A DNA stretch of 64,000 nt from a virus. The position numbers and the translations under genes were made by a program. Position 1 is the first letter of the stretch. The number at the start of each line of letters is the position of its first letter. Under the pieces are notes generated by a model. It made no database searches, was not told the DNA's origin, and saw nothing but the letters and a program-made list of their open reading frames with translations. Shown piece after piece: positions 43,039-54,193 of the stretch. Location: IMG/VR virus record IMGVR_UViG_3300021376_000007, one strand, 5' to 3'.

Positions 43039-43629
43039 TTACCAAGCAAATACAAACAAATATGTGGTAACAAATAAAATAATTAAAGTAAGAAGCTCTA
43101 GTCTGTACTGCATATACTTGCGTCCAGAATCAATACCTTTGCGGTATGTCTTTTGTGTTTTAGGATCAAACCATTTTGCTCCAGGCAATGAATTAAAATG
43201 GTAATCTTCAGTCCTAGAATAATTTTTTACAGCGTAATCAAAGCCAGTAAAAAACGCCCTAAATTTAAACAACATAAATACCCATTCTACTCAAAAACAT
43301 CTGCTGTTGTTGCAGGCGCAACTGTCTTTGATGTTTTGCTTGGGTCATAATACATAACCTTAGCTTTAGCTATGTCGTACAAATTGAAAAGAGGATGATC
43401 AGAATGAGGAGACTCAATATCTTCTCCGTACTCTGCTCTATGTATGTACAAAATTCTTCCATCAGGAAAATGAAAATCTATACGATATCCATCTTCTGAC
43501 ATAAATGTTTCTAAGGCATCGTTTAAAGAAGGGTGTTGTTGAACACATCCATCATTTGAACGAGTGCCAAAAACAATATTTTGAAATAGATTGCTCATTA
43601 TCTTGGTCCTTATCATAAATTTATTTGAG

Positions 43630-43715
43630 TACCCGAGGCCGGACTCGAACCGGCACGCCCGATTAAAGGCGAAAGATTTTAAGTCTCTTGCGTCTGCCTA
43701 TTCCGCCACTCGGGC
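43630..43715 (-). tRNA. tRNA-Leu(TAA)
   Basis: Type II cloverleaf with long variable arm, loop CTTAAAA. Confidence 0.9.
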
Positions 43716-44466
43716 AAGAGACATGAATTATTCTTTTGCGTCTTCAATCATTTTTGATTTCAGACAATCAATACAAAGAAGATTTCTAAATTTAAAAGAC
43801 ATTTCAACTTCTTTGGATTTGATCTTACAAATAGAACAAATTTTAGTGATCGAATTGTACCTTTTAAGAATTGGATTCTTGAATGTCACGAGACTCTGTT
43901 TCAGTTATGCCGGGATTGGTAAGAAAATTATACATTGTTTCGTAATAAGATTCAATTAGTTTAGCATCTTCTCTTGTTATAACTTTACCATTTGCTGCGT
44001 CAATCATAACATTTTCTTCAGCAAGAATTTGTAAAGTAAAAGAAATAACATTTCTTGTTATCTCAATGATATTGAGATCGTCAGATGATGAGGTAAGCAT
44101 CATTGCGGTAGTCATTGGGATTTTCTCCTAATTATAAATTTGCATGTACGTAGCAAATTCTTTCTAATATATTTGGATCTAATTTATTATCATTTGATAT
44201 CAGCAAAACTGGACCATACAAAACAGAATCTGGTTGATCATTTTTCAATGCACGATAAATTAAAGTTGCAGTGTGGTTTATTATGCTTTCATAAGAATAA
44301 TGTTCATATGAAAGAACAAAAGAGTAATCAGAAACAGACATAGTATAAACGTTCTGAGTTTGAAAAACATAATTCAAAATATTTTCATAAGTATCAGTAA
44401 GCACTGTTGGAAAAATATTTTTTTGATACGGAATATTTATACAAACTTTCACAAAGAAATTTCTCT

Positions 44467-45990
44467 TTATTTTGCATTTTTTCTCTTATTTATATTAACA
44501 GAAAAAGGTCTGGGAGAATTTGGATTAACAGGAGTAGTATAAACTGATCTAGTAGAAACAATTTTCCCATTATAACCATGAGTATTCATCTTGCAATAAG
44601 AAATAAGAGATGGAGAAATCTTAATATTAAAAGAATTCCAACCATATCTTGATGTTCTTGGAACAACAAAATTATAATTGGCAGAATCGTTGCAAATTAT
44701 TGAATAATGAGAAATATTTGCATAACCTCTATAAGGATCTCTGTAATAAGCTTTAATAAAAGTTTTCCAAGAAGCATCTAGTTCATGAAGAACAGGCGCA
44801 AAAACAGCGCCATAAGAAGGTGGTCTAGGAATCGTGGTGGTGGTAGAAGTTGTAGAAGTAGAAGTGGTTGAAGTAGAAGTGGTGGAAGTGGTGGTGGTGG
44901 TCACAACTACAGGTAGTGTGGTTGTAGTTGTGGTAGAAGATGTAGTGGTTGTGGTGGAAGTTGTGGGAATGGGTATTACAGTATCGAACAAATGTGCAAA
45001 ATGAAGATATGGAATTTTGATACCAGTATAGGAATCGGTAGCGGTGCGAGTAGTCATCTTAAAATCAGAAACTACTCTGTCAACAGACTGAACTCCAAAT
45101 TTTGACCTGTAAACAGCAAAAGCTCCAGCAATATGGGGAGCTGCCATTGAAGTTCCAGATGAAGACCTATAAGAAGATTGTGTAGTGGAAGATGCAACAT
45201 TGTGACCAGGTGCAGCAAAAGTAGTAAATTTGCTGATATTTGAAAAATTGGCAACATTGGGAGAATTAACATACATAGCTGCAACAGAAACTGTGTGCGA
45301 AATACAAGCAGGCGAACTCATCCCGTGAGCATAGCTGTTGCCTGAAGAAACAACAGTTGCAATATTCAAATCTTTCAAGTTTTTAATTGCAGTTGTCAAT
45401 TCAGGAATGTAGTTATCGCAAGTAGTAGAAAAAACAGAAGAACTTCCCAAAGACATATTTACAGAAGCAATGTTGTACTGAGAAGAAATACTACTGACCC
45501 AATTGAGAGCACTAATAATATTGCTGTCATATGATGAGCCAGTTGAATCAAAGACATTAACAGCAATAATATTGGCCTGTGGAGCAATTCCTCTCATGGA
45601 AGAAGAACTGCCAGCAGCAATCCCGGCAACATGGGTACCATGCCAATGCACCGGAGCTGCTGCACCAGGGCCAATCATGGATGTTTGATTATTGGGACAT
45701 TTCAAAGAAAAGCACGCTTCTAAAACGACTCTGTCTTGAAAAAAGGGATGATCTTTCTGTACACCGCTGTCAATAATTACAATATGAGAATTTTGGCCTT
45801 TGTAACCTAAATCATAAGGAATGTTTGCAGCAACAAAAGGTATCGATTTCGTAAGATTAAAAGTAAAACGAACTGGAGAAGTAGCAGAAGCTACGTCAAC
45901 AATTCGTTTTTGGGCACTTGCTGGTGCCTTGACAAAAAAAGTAGAGAACAAAAATAATGTGAAAATAATTCTTTTAAGTTTGTAGGACAT
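44467..45990 (-). CDS. Secreted subtilisin-like (S8) serine protease with Thr-rich linker
   Basis: Signal peptide; IIDSG, HGTHVAGIAA, SGTSMAAPH triad motifs. Confidence 0.9.
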   Translation of the reverse strand: MSYKLKRIIFTLFLFSTFFVKAPASAQKRIVDVASATSPVRFTFNLTKSIPFVAANIPYDLGYKGQNSHIVIIDSGVQKDHPFFQDRVVLEACFSLKCPNNQTSMIGPGAAAPVHWHGTHVAGIAAGSSSSMRGIAPQANIIAVNVFDSTGSSYDSNIISALNWVSSISSQYNIASVNMSLGSSSVFSTTCDNYIPELTTAIKNLKDLNIATVVSSGNSYAHGMSSPACISHTVSVAAMYVNSPNVANFSNISKFTTFAAPGHNVASSTTQSSYRSSSGTSMAAPHIAGAFAVYRSKFGVQSVDRVVSDFKMTTRTATDSYTGIKIPYLHFAHLFDTVIPIPTTSTTTTTSSTTTTTTLPVVVTTTTTSTTSTSTTSTSTTSTTTTIPRPPSYGAVFAPVLHELDASWKTFIKAYYRDPYRGYANISHYSIICNDSANYNFVVPRTSRYGWNSFNIKISPSLISYCKMNTHGYNGKIVSTRSVYTTPVNPNSPRPFSVNINKRKNAK

Positions 45991-46441
45991 TGTATCTCCA
46001 TTGAATATCAGATATATAAAAAGATTCAGGATCAGAGTAGTCTGTTGTATAGACTACTCTGTAAATCCTGTTCTTTTGTATTTGCTGCATGCACCAAGAG
46101 CACGGACGCGCAATGGCAGTAGTGCCATCGAGCTTCAATCTGGCAACATACAAAGTGGAATCGGATGGATCAGAACAACCTTTCATGGCACCTATTTCAG
46201 CATGGGTACTGAAACGATTGGGCGGAGTTGTGGGATGTTTCTTTGTGACATTTATGTCAGTAGCAAGAACTGATCCAGCTCTGACGGCAATGCACGCCAT
46301 TTTGAACCTGTTGTCAGAAGTTTGAGCTAACTTGGCAGCAGCAGCAAGAAAGCTTTTGTCCCTAGTTGATACAGGAGTAGGATGATAGATGTAAGCATCA
46401 TAGGGATAAAAAACAAAACTTTGAGTTGATAAGAGTGTCAT
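45974..46441 (-). CDS. Cytidine/dCMP deaminase-fold protein
   Basis: HAE...PCSWC. Confidence 0.8.
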   Translation of the reverse strand: MTLLSTQSFVFYPYDAYIYHPTPVSTRDKSFLAAAAKLAQTSDNRFKMACIAVRAGSVLATDINVTKKHPTTPPNRFSTHAEIGAMKGCSDPSDSTLYVARLKLDGTTAIARPCSWCMQQIQKNRIYRVVYTTDYSDPESFYISDIQWRYNVLQT

Positions 46442-46450
46442 AAATTAAAA

Positions 46451-48136
46451 CTAAAATCTCTTTTTGTTATTATCAATTTTATTTTGAAGCCATTTGGGTT
46501 TCGGATTGTTTTCATAGTGACGAGATATGATTTGACTGGCCATACCCTTGGTCATATCAGCAGTGATGGGAACAGCAATTCTTCGAAGAAGTCTCTTCTG
46601 GGCATCTGTGGGAAGATCAGATCTCCAAGCAGATGAAGAATCAAGAAGCGCCACAGAAGCTGATCTGTTGGTCTGAACCCATTTGTCAGAACGGACAAAG
46701 GCTTCTCTCATTTCATCAACAACACCAAGAAGTCTCGTTGTTTTCTGATGATTGTCATGAAGAGTTATGTTCCATCTTCCAAGAGTGTCACATTTGATGC
46801 GCATTGATTCGTTGTTGTTCAAACCAAGATGAAATTCATCTTCTGCAATTTCGGCCCACACAAGTTTGGAATATTGTTGGACAACAACATTGGGCGGTGG
46901 TGGCATGAACAAATCGATGCGCTTGTAGGCGAGTTCGATGTCCTCAGGAGTGAGAACACGAACAGCTTCTCCGGGACAATAGTTCTCAAGTTCTTCAAAT
47001 TTTTCGGCAACATCAGTCAAAGACTGGCCCTGCAAATCGAAATCTGGAGGAAGACCGAGAAGAGTCGGAAGACCTATGGGCTTTTTTCCCTTGGTGGTAT
47101 CAGATATATCTATCACAATGCAATGCTTTTTGCCGTCGTGCAAACGAGTGCCTCGCCCGACAATCTGAGTGTAAAGAAGAGCACTGCGTGTGGGTTTGGC
47201 CAAGATGATTGCTTCAATGGATGGTTCATCATAACCTTCGGTCAGAACACCGACATTGATTATCACCTTGGTCAAACCTGAAGAAAAATTCTGAAAGATT
47301 TTTTCCCTTTGATCCTGGGGCGTCGTGCCCAAAATAACTTCTGCGTTTATGGACGCTTGGCTAAAGGATAAGGCCAAGTTTTGGGCGTGTCGTACGCCGG
47401 ATGCGAATACAAGGGCTTTCTTAGAAAAAGCCAGATTAGTATAGGCAGCGACGACAGTAGCGTTGCGGCCAGGATTATCCACGACACTTTCGAGTTTGTT
47501 TTGGGCATAATCGCCATTTTGCATCTCCACTTCTGATATATCTGTGTCAGTCTTAATTCTATATCCGACAAGAGGACAAAGCCACTTGTCTTTTATTAAA
47601 TCTTGTATTGTTTTATAATATACAATTTCGTCGAAAACATCAATTAATCTTGTTGAATCTGATCGCTGAGGAGTAGCTGTTACTCCCAGCAAAAAGTTAG
47701 TTTTAAAATTATCGATAATTCTACGATAAGAAGGAGCAGCTGCGTGGTGCGCTTCGTCTATGACTATAGATCTAAAATAGTCTTGCGGATAAGCCATAAT
47801 ACGAGGGGTGTTATTACGGCCCAAAGTGGCAACGGAAGCCACCACCACGTCGACATAACCTGCCTTACGCTCTGCTTGCTCTATTTCTACAGTAAGATTG
47901 GGATTAGAAGCCATAATTTTATTCCTGGCTTGATCCAACAACTCTGCTCTGTGTGCAAGAACGAGCATGGGTAAAAAGGAAGAATTGATCTTCGGAATAT
48001 GTGAAAATATGACTGTCTTACCTGCGCCTGTAGGCAATACAACCAATTGTTTTGTTATGCCTCGGTCATAGTGGCTGTTGATAGAATCAATAGCTTCTTG
48101 TTGATATGGACGCAAAATATAAGTCATATTCATCAA
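46451..48136 (-). CDS. SF2 helicase (DEAH, Res/IRC3-like)
   Basis: LRPYQ, PTGAGKT, DEAHH, TATP.R.D, LTEGYD, QIVGRGTR. Confidence 0.9.
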   Translation of the reverse strand: MMNMTYILRPYQQEAIDSINSHYDRGITKQLVVLPTGAGKTVIFSHIPKINSSFLPMLVLAHRAELLDQARNKIMASNPNLTVEIEQAERKAGYVDVVVASVATLGRNNTPRIMAYPQDYFRSIVIDEAHHAAAPSYRRIIDNFKTNFLLGVTATPQRSDSTRLIDVFDEIVYYKTIQDLIKDKWLCPLVGYRIKTDTDISEVEMQNGDYAQNKLESVVDNPGRNATVVAAYTNLAFSKKALVFASGVRHAQNLALSFSQASINAEVILGTTPQDQREKIFQNFSSGLTKVIINVGVLTEGYDEPSIEAIILAKPTRSALLYTQIVGRGTRLHDGKKHCIVIDISDTTKGKKPIGLPTLLGLPPDFDLQGQSLTDVAEKFEELENYCPGEAVRVLTPEDIELAYKRIDLFMPPPPNVVVQQYSKLVWAEIAEDEFHLGLNNNESMRIKCDTLGRWNITLHDNHQKTTRLLGVVDEMREAFVRSDKWVQTNRSASVALLDSSSAWRSDLPTDAQKRLLRRIAVPITADMTKGMASQIISRHYENNPKPKWLQNKIDNNKKRF

Positions 48137-48341
48137 AACCCAAAAAGATCTATTTCTCCAAAGAATGGCTCAAAAGTACTTTTTTTATCAATATCTTCAT
48201 AATTAAAATATGTTATTTTACCACAAACTATGGTGTTTGACTCTTTAAAACAAAAAATAATATCACCATTATCGTCTTGTTGTAAGGGAATAAAATCATC
48301 GCTTTCTTGTTTCGGAGATTCCAAAATCGGATTCATATAAA

Positions 48342-49004
48342 TTAGTCTTTCAATATTACTTTATTCTTAATTGTGTTTATATTTTCTTTATTGATAATTT
48401 CATACGTGACACCATTTTCGTCATAGTACGAAAGAAGTTCATCGATTGTAAATGGACCTGTGTTGTCAACATGAGAAAATATAAAGAACAATTCAATCAT
48501 GTCGCCAGAAGCTGATGAGTTTTCTTCATTGTTTTTGTCGACAGAAACAAGAACAGATTCATCATAAAGATAGGTCAAAGTATTGTCAGAATCATAGGTG
48601 TAAGGTAGAGTGTATATGTAGCAAAACTCAGAAGAAACAAAAGAGATGTTAACAGCATCGTTTGTTTTTTCTCCTGTTTGTGGATCTCTTATATTCGTGT
48701 CTGCGACAACAATATAAAGAGAAGAGTTGATTGCAATGGGAAAATAGAGAATTTCAGACAAAGCTTGATAAAGATCTTCTTTACCGTCAAAAGACCTAAC
48801 AGTAAAAATACCAACTATATCTTTTGCAGCGTTGAAAACAACACAAGTAGGAAGAAAACTATCGGGACCGTTTGATTTAATATAACCAGAAAAAAAATTG
48901 GTTATTTTAATTACTTCTGACCAGGCATCAGGAAGAATATCTTGTGTATTTTCATTAAAATTTTCAGGAGATTGAAATTCAAGTAAAAAAGATTTGTCAG
49001 ACAT
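48342..49004 (-). CDS. Hypothetical protein
   Basis: 220 aa ORF. Confidence 0.5.
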   Translation of the reverse strand: MSDKSFLLEFQSPENFNENTQDILPDAWSEVIKITNFFSGYIKSNGPDSFLPTCVVFNAAKDIVGIFTVRSFDGKEDLYQALSEILYFPIAINSSLYIVVADTNIRDPQTGEKTNDAVNISFVSSEFCYIYTLPYTYDSDNTLTYLYDESVLVSVDKNNEENSSASGDMIELFFIFSHVDNTGPFTIDELLSYYDENGVTYEIINKENINTIKNKVILKD

Positions 49005-49022
49005 AAATACCTTTAAATAGAG

Positions 49023-49061
49023 AGGCGGTGCCCAGAAAACAAATATTCTCTGGACACCGCC
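49023..49061 (-). terminator. Stem-loop after the large ORF
   Basis: AGGCGGTGCCCAGA / TCTGGACACCGCCT imperfect inverted repeat. Confidence 0.55.
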
Positions 49062-49090
49062 TTTTGTACAAACGAAATCACAAATTAATA

Positions 49091-51652
49091 TTAAAATTCA
49101 TGATTAATGAGTTTGGTAACTTTTGGTTTCTCTTTGACATTTGTGAACACAATCGGAGAGTAGTTGGCATGAAATGCCTGATAGTCAACTCGATTGTCAA
49201 ACACATGAGTCTTACCGTCAGGATCAGTGTAGGTCCACTGATCATAACAGGTGGAAACAGGGGTGTACTTGCCGTTGGCAAAAGTCATGGCGACACGGTT
49301 GCCGATACCATAATGAATGAGAGCTTTTTCAAGGTACGGATAAACGACTCGGTTCATGACAATTTGATCGGAGTAACTGCCGTTTCCAGTGGGGATGAGT
49401 ATGCTTGCAGCATAAAGAGAAATCACAAAGTCGTGTTGATCTTCAATTCGCTCATAAGAAAGAATCTTTTCAACAATGTTGTTGTAAAGAGAATCCCACT
49501 TATCTCGCTTGATTGCACCAACAGAGTAAACAGAATCATCAGCGTTGGCATTGTAGATGCCCATGCGGAATTGGCGAAGAACCGGAATTGCATGGTAATA
49601 CAAACGTTCAGAAATCTGTCGTACAGAATCGGAGAGTTCAATGTCTTCTTGTGCATACTTGTTGACGCGTTGAACATAGGCGTTGAAGTAGGACACGCAA
49701 AGACTGTTGAGATGAGTCAGAGTTCCTTCGTAGGTTTCAACTTCGGGATACTTCTTGGCAAGTGATTGAAAACGACCAGTCCAAAGATCTCGATCAATAG
49801 CTTTACCGGAATCGAGAACTTCTTGAATGATGGATTCTGCTTCAGCGTCAATTGCTTCGCGATCACGCCCATCAGATGTTTGAGTGCAGCCGTCAATTGC
49901 TGACTCCATAGAACAAACTTGAACGGGACGATGCTTGCGAATAACAGAAGAATGAAGCATGGATGCGTTGACATAGCGACCGACGTTACCGCCGCCCATT
50001 GCAATGTCAACATCGTGCATCACATCTTCAACTGAATAGTTTTCACCAACTTGACGCGGAGGCTTTGGATCGTACTCGCTGGGAAGGCCGACATAACGAA
50101 CTTCGTTGAGACGAATAGCTTGAGAAAGACGCTTTGGCCATCCACGAGAATTGACAGAAGGAAAAGTTACCTTCGTACCGTCGGACTTCTTCCAAGTCGG
50201 ATACCATTGACCTTCAACATAATTGAAAATTGAATACTCGCCATAACCGTTTGGTGAACGAGCGACAATTACAACTTTCTTTCCGTCTTGATTTCCGCCT
50301 TCCATCTTGCGATAGAACAGCTTGAAAAAGTCGTCTTGGTCGTGACCGCCATGAGACTCGTACATCTCGAGCCAATCAAAGTCGTTCACGACATGAACGC
50401 CAAGATCGTTGATTCTGTGAATATCGCCTTCTTCAACCTGTATGTCGTATCCTGCCATCTTGGCAAGAGACTCTGGAATGACTTGCTCATAAACGCTGCA
50501 CGGAATCGGAATACGATTCTCAAGAGGCATTGCATGAGAAATAGCCAAAGTCTTGAAAAGCCAAGGAGAGTTAGTGATAGAAAGACCCATGCTCACCCAG
50601 CGGTGACCCACGTAGTTGAGTCGAGCTTGGGCTTCAAGGTCTTCTGTTTCACGATTTTCTCGAGAAAACTGACGAACGAAAATTGAACTCCAATTGGCAA
50701 GCAACTTGCCGTTGATTGCGTCCTGAAACATCTTTTCGTATTCTTCCTTGAGCCACATTTCCATGTCAGACTTGCGAAACAACTTGGGAAGGTTGATCAC
50801 AGTCTGATCGTCGGTGATGACACGAGACTTGGGACCTTGGGGCTCGGCAAGAAAACGATAACCATTGGAGTAGGTGATCTCTTTCTTGAGATTGGTACGG
50901 GAAGATACCACGTCAATATCAAGAGGAAGATTATCAGAAACAAAGACATTGCCCTTGAGAAGACCTTCAGAAGTAAACAATCGAGCATTGAAAACTTTAG
51001 AAGATGAAAGGTAACGAAGAAGCTTTTGACGAAATTCTGGATCGTAATATATATCACTGTTGTCCAAAGACTGACCCTCTTGATGATAAACAGGGAAATT
51101 GTCAAGTGCTTGTTGGATCAACCGAGAAGATATGACGAAACCACCGTCCAAAAGACGCTCAAGAGTGGAAGGGTCCTTGACCCAATCTGCCCATCCACCA
51201 TTGACAAAATCGTAACGAGTGTAGTCAGTGGGTTCAACCCACTTGATGTTGAGATGGTCAAAATGGGCATTGATCAAAGATGCGCGATGAAATGACTTTG
51301 CACGCTTGGAAGTCTTGCCTCCACCTTTGACCGTGTAACCAGCTTGATTGAGTGCAGACATCCAGCCAGTTTGTCCCTTGATGGTGCAAGCAACAACCTT
51401 GCGCTTGTCTACCAATGCATACTGGATGGAAGGATGAGTGATGATGTCGTAAAGCTTTTGACGGTCGTAAACATCCCCAGGAATGGGCATCATGGCAATT
51501 CGAAACTCATCGGAATCTTCGGAAAGATCCATGAGTTCGCGCATGACACCGATGTCGTAAAAGCCAATTTGATAACCCTCTCCGGAACGAAGAGGAGCAT
51601 TTTTGAAAGCTTTCATGCGGACTTTTGGTTGATATGTGTTGAAATAGTTCAT
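49091..51652 (-). CDS. Putative two-barrel (RdRP/YonO-like) RNA polymerase-related protein
   Basis: 853 aa; LLKG, GGHDQDD (variant of GxDxDGD), VARSP, NVG..VN. Confidence 0.45.
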   Translation of the reverse strand: MNYFNTYQPKVRMKAFKNAPLRSGEGYQIGFYDIGVMRELMDLSEDSDEFRIAMMPIPGDVYDRQKLYDIITHPSIQYALVDKRKVVACTIKGQTGWMSALNQAGYTVKGGGKTSKRAKSFHRASLINAHFDHLNIKWVEPTDYTRYDFVNGGWADWVKDPSTLERLLDGGFVISSRLIQQALDNFPVYHQEGQSLDNSDIYYDPEFRQKLLRYLSSSKVFNARLFTSEGLLKGNVFVSDNLPLDIDVVSSRTNLKKEITYSNGYRFLAEPQGPKSRVITDDQTVINLPKLFRKSDMEMWLKEEYEKMFQDAINGKLLANWSSIFVRQFSRENRETEDLEAQARLNYVGHRWVSMGLSITNSPWLFKTLAISHAMPLENRIPIPCSVYEQVIPESLAKMAGYDIQVEEGDIHRINDLGVHVVNDFDWLEMYESHGGHDQDDFFKLFYRKMEGGNQDGKKVVIVARSPNGYGEYSIFNYVEGQWYPTWKKSDGTKVTFPSVNSRGWPKRLSQAIRLNEVRYVGLPSEYDPKPPRQVGENYSVEDVMHDVDIAMGGGNVGRYVNASMLHSSVIRKHRPVQVCSMESAIDGCTQTSDGRDREAIDAEAESIIQEVLDSGKAIDRDLWTGRFQSLAKKYPEVETYEGTLTHLNSLCVSYFNAYVQRVNKYAQEDIELSDSVRQISERLYYHAIPVLRQFRMGIYNANADDSVYSVGAIKRDKWDSLYNNIVEKILSYERIEDQHDFVISLYAASILIPTGNGSYSDQIVMNRVVYPYLEKALIHYGIGNRVAMTFANGKYTPVSTCYDQWTYTDPDGKTHVFDNRVDYQAFHANYSPIVFTNVKEKPKVTKLINHEF

Positions 51653-52233
51653 AATCCCTCCTTAAGAGATTTTATTGCCTTTCTTTTCTGAATATACTAT
51701 TGCCTTATCAAAAAACAAAGTTATTCATTTATTGTTTTGATATCGTGGTGATTAACCAAAAAGAATTTCAAGAGATTCTTCTACAGTCCAAGAATCTTCT
51801 TTCGAAGCTTTGGACGATTTCTTTGAGCGAAGAGAATGCTTTTGGCCAATTGCAAATTTGATGTTTTTGTTGTATCGTACGATTGCAATTTCTTGAGTGT
51901 CACTGACATCTACTTCAAGAACTTGAAGAGCATCAGGAAGCTTGCCCTCAAAAAGAATTTTTGGGTTTGGAACACCAAGAATTGCAATTGCCCAGTGCGT
52001 TGTCTTTGCGGGAACAGCAATTCCAAACTTACTGGCTACTACGCCGTAGAAATCAAGAATGTTTCTGTCCTTGTCCTGAGCACGGACAATTGGTTTGCAG
52101 TATGTGACTTTCTTGTCGTAATTGAACAGCTCATCAGGAGCCGAGTACAAGACAAGGTAGCAGTTGCGCCATTCGGCAGGGTAACTGGGATATGTCATAA
52201 TAATATTCCTGTTATGATTGTGTGTTTACAGTC

Positions 52234-53001
52234 TTAAGAAATTGATTCTTCAGTAAATGGGTTGTTTGGAATGTCTAGTGTTTGCTTTTTGCCATTGACA
52301 GTAATCTTAGTTGGTCTGTCGGCAGGAACTGCGTTGAGATCCTGATAAGCAACAGCATAATAATGGCTCAAGAAGATCTTTACTGCGTAACGTCTTGCTT
52401 GTGCATCAATCTGTGCATCAGGAAGCTTACCTTCAAGAAGTGTGGTCTTGTCGTTGTTAAAACGAGGATTAAGATCTTGCAAGATCTTTCCTGCTTTTTC
52501 AGAATAATTACCCTGTTCGTTGTTTGTCAAACGACGTTTCTTGTCCTGAAGATAAAGCTGTCCGTAAAAACAGCTTTTTTCCTCTGAACGATCAGCAAAA
52601 TTCGTACCAATTTTCCAACACAAAGATTTGAAATCTGGATTGTGTGAAAAGGAAGAATTTTTCTGAGTAGGATCAAGACCAGCATGGCGCCAAAGTGAAC
52701 CAACATTTTCAAAATTGTTGATGTCAATAAAAGTTCCAAGAGCAGCTGCAATAGTGGGAGTAATGCCAATTTGAGAAATGGCCCAAGATCCCACTACAGT
52801 TGAACTTACATAGGGAGTGATTGCCCGATCAATTGTTTGAATAGAAGATTCAAGACTTTGTTCAAGATGGAGAATGAGATCACCCTTTGTAACCAAGATC
52901 TTGTTACGATCCACAAGATCGTAAAAAGTATCCGTAAGGTTGTCAAGTTTTAGATAAAAATTAGTGAGTTCTTTGATTTGAGCAGGAGTAAAAGTGAACA
53001 T
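52234..53001 (-). CDS. IS110 transposase C-terminal-domain-like protein (no DEDD domain)
   Basis: IGI.P.IAA.L...F..VGSLWRHAGLDP...HNP..K...ARRYAVK. Confidence 0.6.
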   Translation of the reverse strand: MFTFTPAQIKELTNFYLKLDNLTDTFYDLVDRNKILVTKGDLILHLEQSLESSIQTIDRAITPYVSSTVVGSWAISQIGITPTIAAALGTFIDINNFENVGSLWRHAGLDPTQKNSSFSHNPDFKSLCWKIGTNFADRSEEKSCFYGQLYLQDKKRRLTNNEQGNYSEKAGKILQDLNPRFNNDKTTLLEGKLPDAQIDAQARRYAVKIFLSHYYAVAYQDLNAVPADRPTKITVNGKKQTLDIPNNPFTEESIS

Positions 53002-53031
53002 ATTAAATATTTCCTGTATTGTTATGGTTTA

Positions 53032-53478
53032 TTAAACACGAGCAGTTTTGTAAGCTTTGTATTTTGCAGAAGCTTCTTTGTATTTTTGGAGGACAATTCT
53101 GGACATCCAAATGGGAGCAGTAATGAAACGAATTACTTTGTAAATTATCTTAGAAAGATCAACAAGAGCAACCTTCCATTTGTCCCAATGATGTTGAAAC
53201 AAATTGCCTCCAACAGCTCTGGCAGGAGCTGAATCGTAATTCCAATGCAAGAAAGCATAACCAGGTATAGACAAAACAGTCGAAACCATGGCTGCACCAA
53301 GGGCAATCAAACCGCTTGCACCGAACGCCAGACCAAGAACGTATGATAAAAAGATCGAAACGAGCATGTTGAACCATTTGTAATTATGAGCGTAATAGCG
53401 CCAAGCAGAAAATCTTGCCGCAAACATCATCTCCACAATAGTCGACGAAATGGCCAACATCATCATCATTATAAACAT
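53032..53478 (-). CDS. Membrane protein
   Basis: Several hydrophobic helices. Confidence 0.55.
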   Translation of the reverse strand: MFIMMMMLAISSTIVEMMFAARFSAWRYYAHNYKWFNMLVSIFLSYVLGLAFGASGLIALGAAMVSTVLSIPGYAFLHWNYDSAPARAVGGNLFQHHWDKWKVALVDLSKIIYKVIRFITAPIWMSRIVLQKYKEASAKYKAYKTARV

Positions 53479-54193
53479 ATTAAAGCCTTTTTATTAAATA
53501 TTTATTTATTTTGTTCTTTGTCGAATTTATGCTGGACATACACAAGTGATGCAACAGTGGCAAAAACTGTGAGAACAGCAATAAAGTCAATAAACAATCG
53601 AAATCCAGACATGATACTCCGTTTAATAATATTTTGTATGAATAAAAAAATAGTTTTTCCCGAGAGAACAAATCCAATGCCACATATGGTAGTAGGTTTA
53701 AGTTCTCCCAGGAAAACACTATTCTATAGAGAAAATCAGCGGGTGAGCATCACCCAGAGGTCCCAAGTCTTGGTCTTGTCGTTGTAGGCGGTTGAACGCG
53801 CCAGCGAAAGAACATCCTTGCGTGCACGGTTGTAGAGATTGTTGGTGAAATTGTAACAATCCTTCTTTGAGGTAAACGCGATGTTGACATGGAACCACTG
53901 ATTTTGGTTGTTGAGCAACTGCGCGTAGACAGCGGTGTAGATCGGATTGCGAGGACGCCCACGTCCAACGTTGAACGGTGGCTCAGTGACAGCGGTAAGA
54001 AGCTTGCTGGTGTGAGTGACAGCAAACTTGTCGGGACGGGTCATGAGTTGGGTCTCTGAAGAGAGATCCTTGATGCGTGTAGCCATATTTGTCTCCTTGA
54101 TAGTGAAACGTATTATTGTTTTGTTTGAGCTAATTCTGGGAACAGCCCGTATTGGTGCTTGTCCCCTTTTTTGGTATTTACTATGTTTTATGT

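Noticed and set aside
52234-53001. Active IS110 mobile element
   Set aside because: No catalytic N-terminal domain, and the gene sits tightly in an operon with no recognisable element boundaries.
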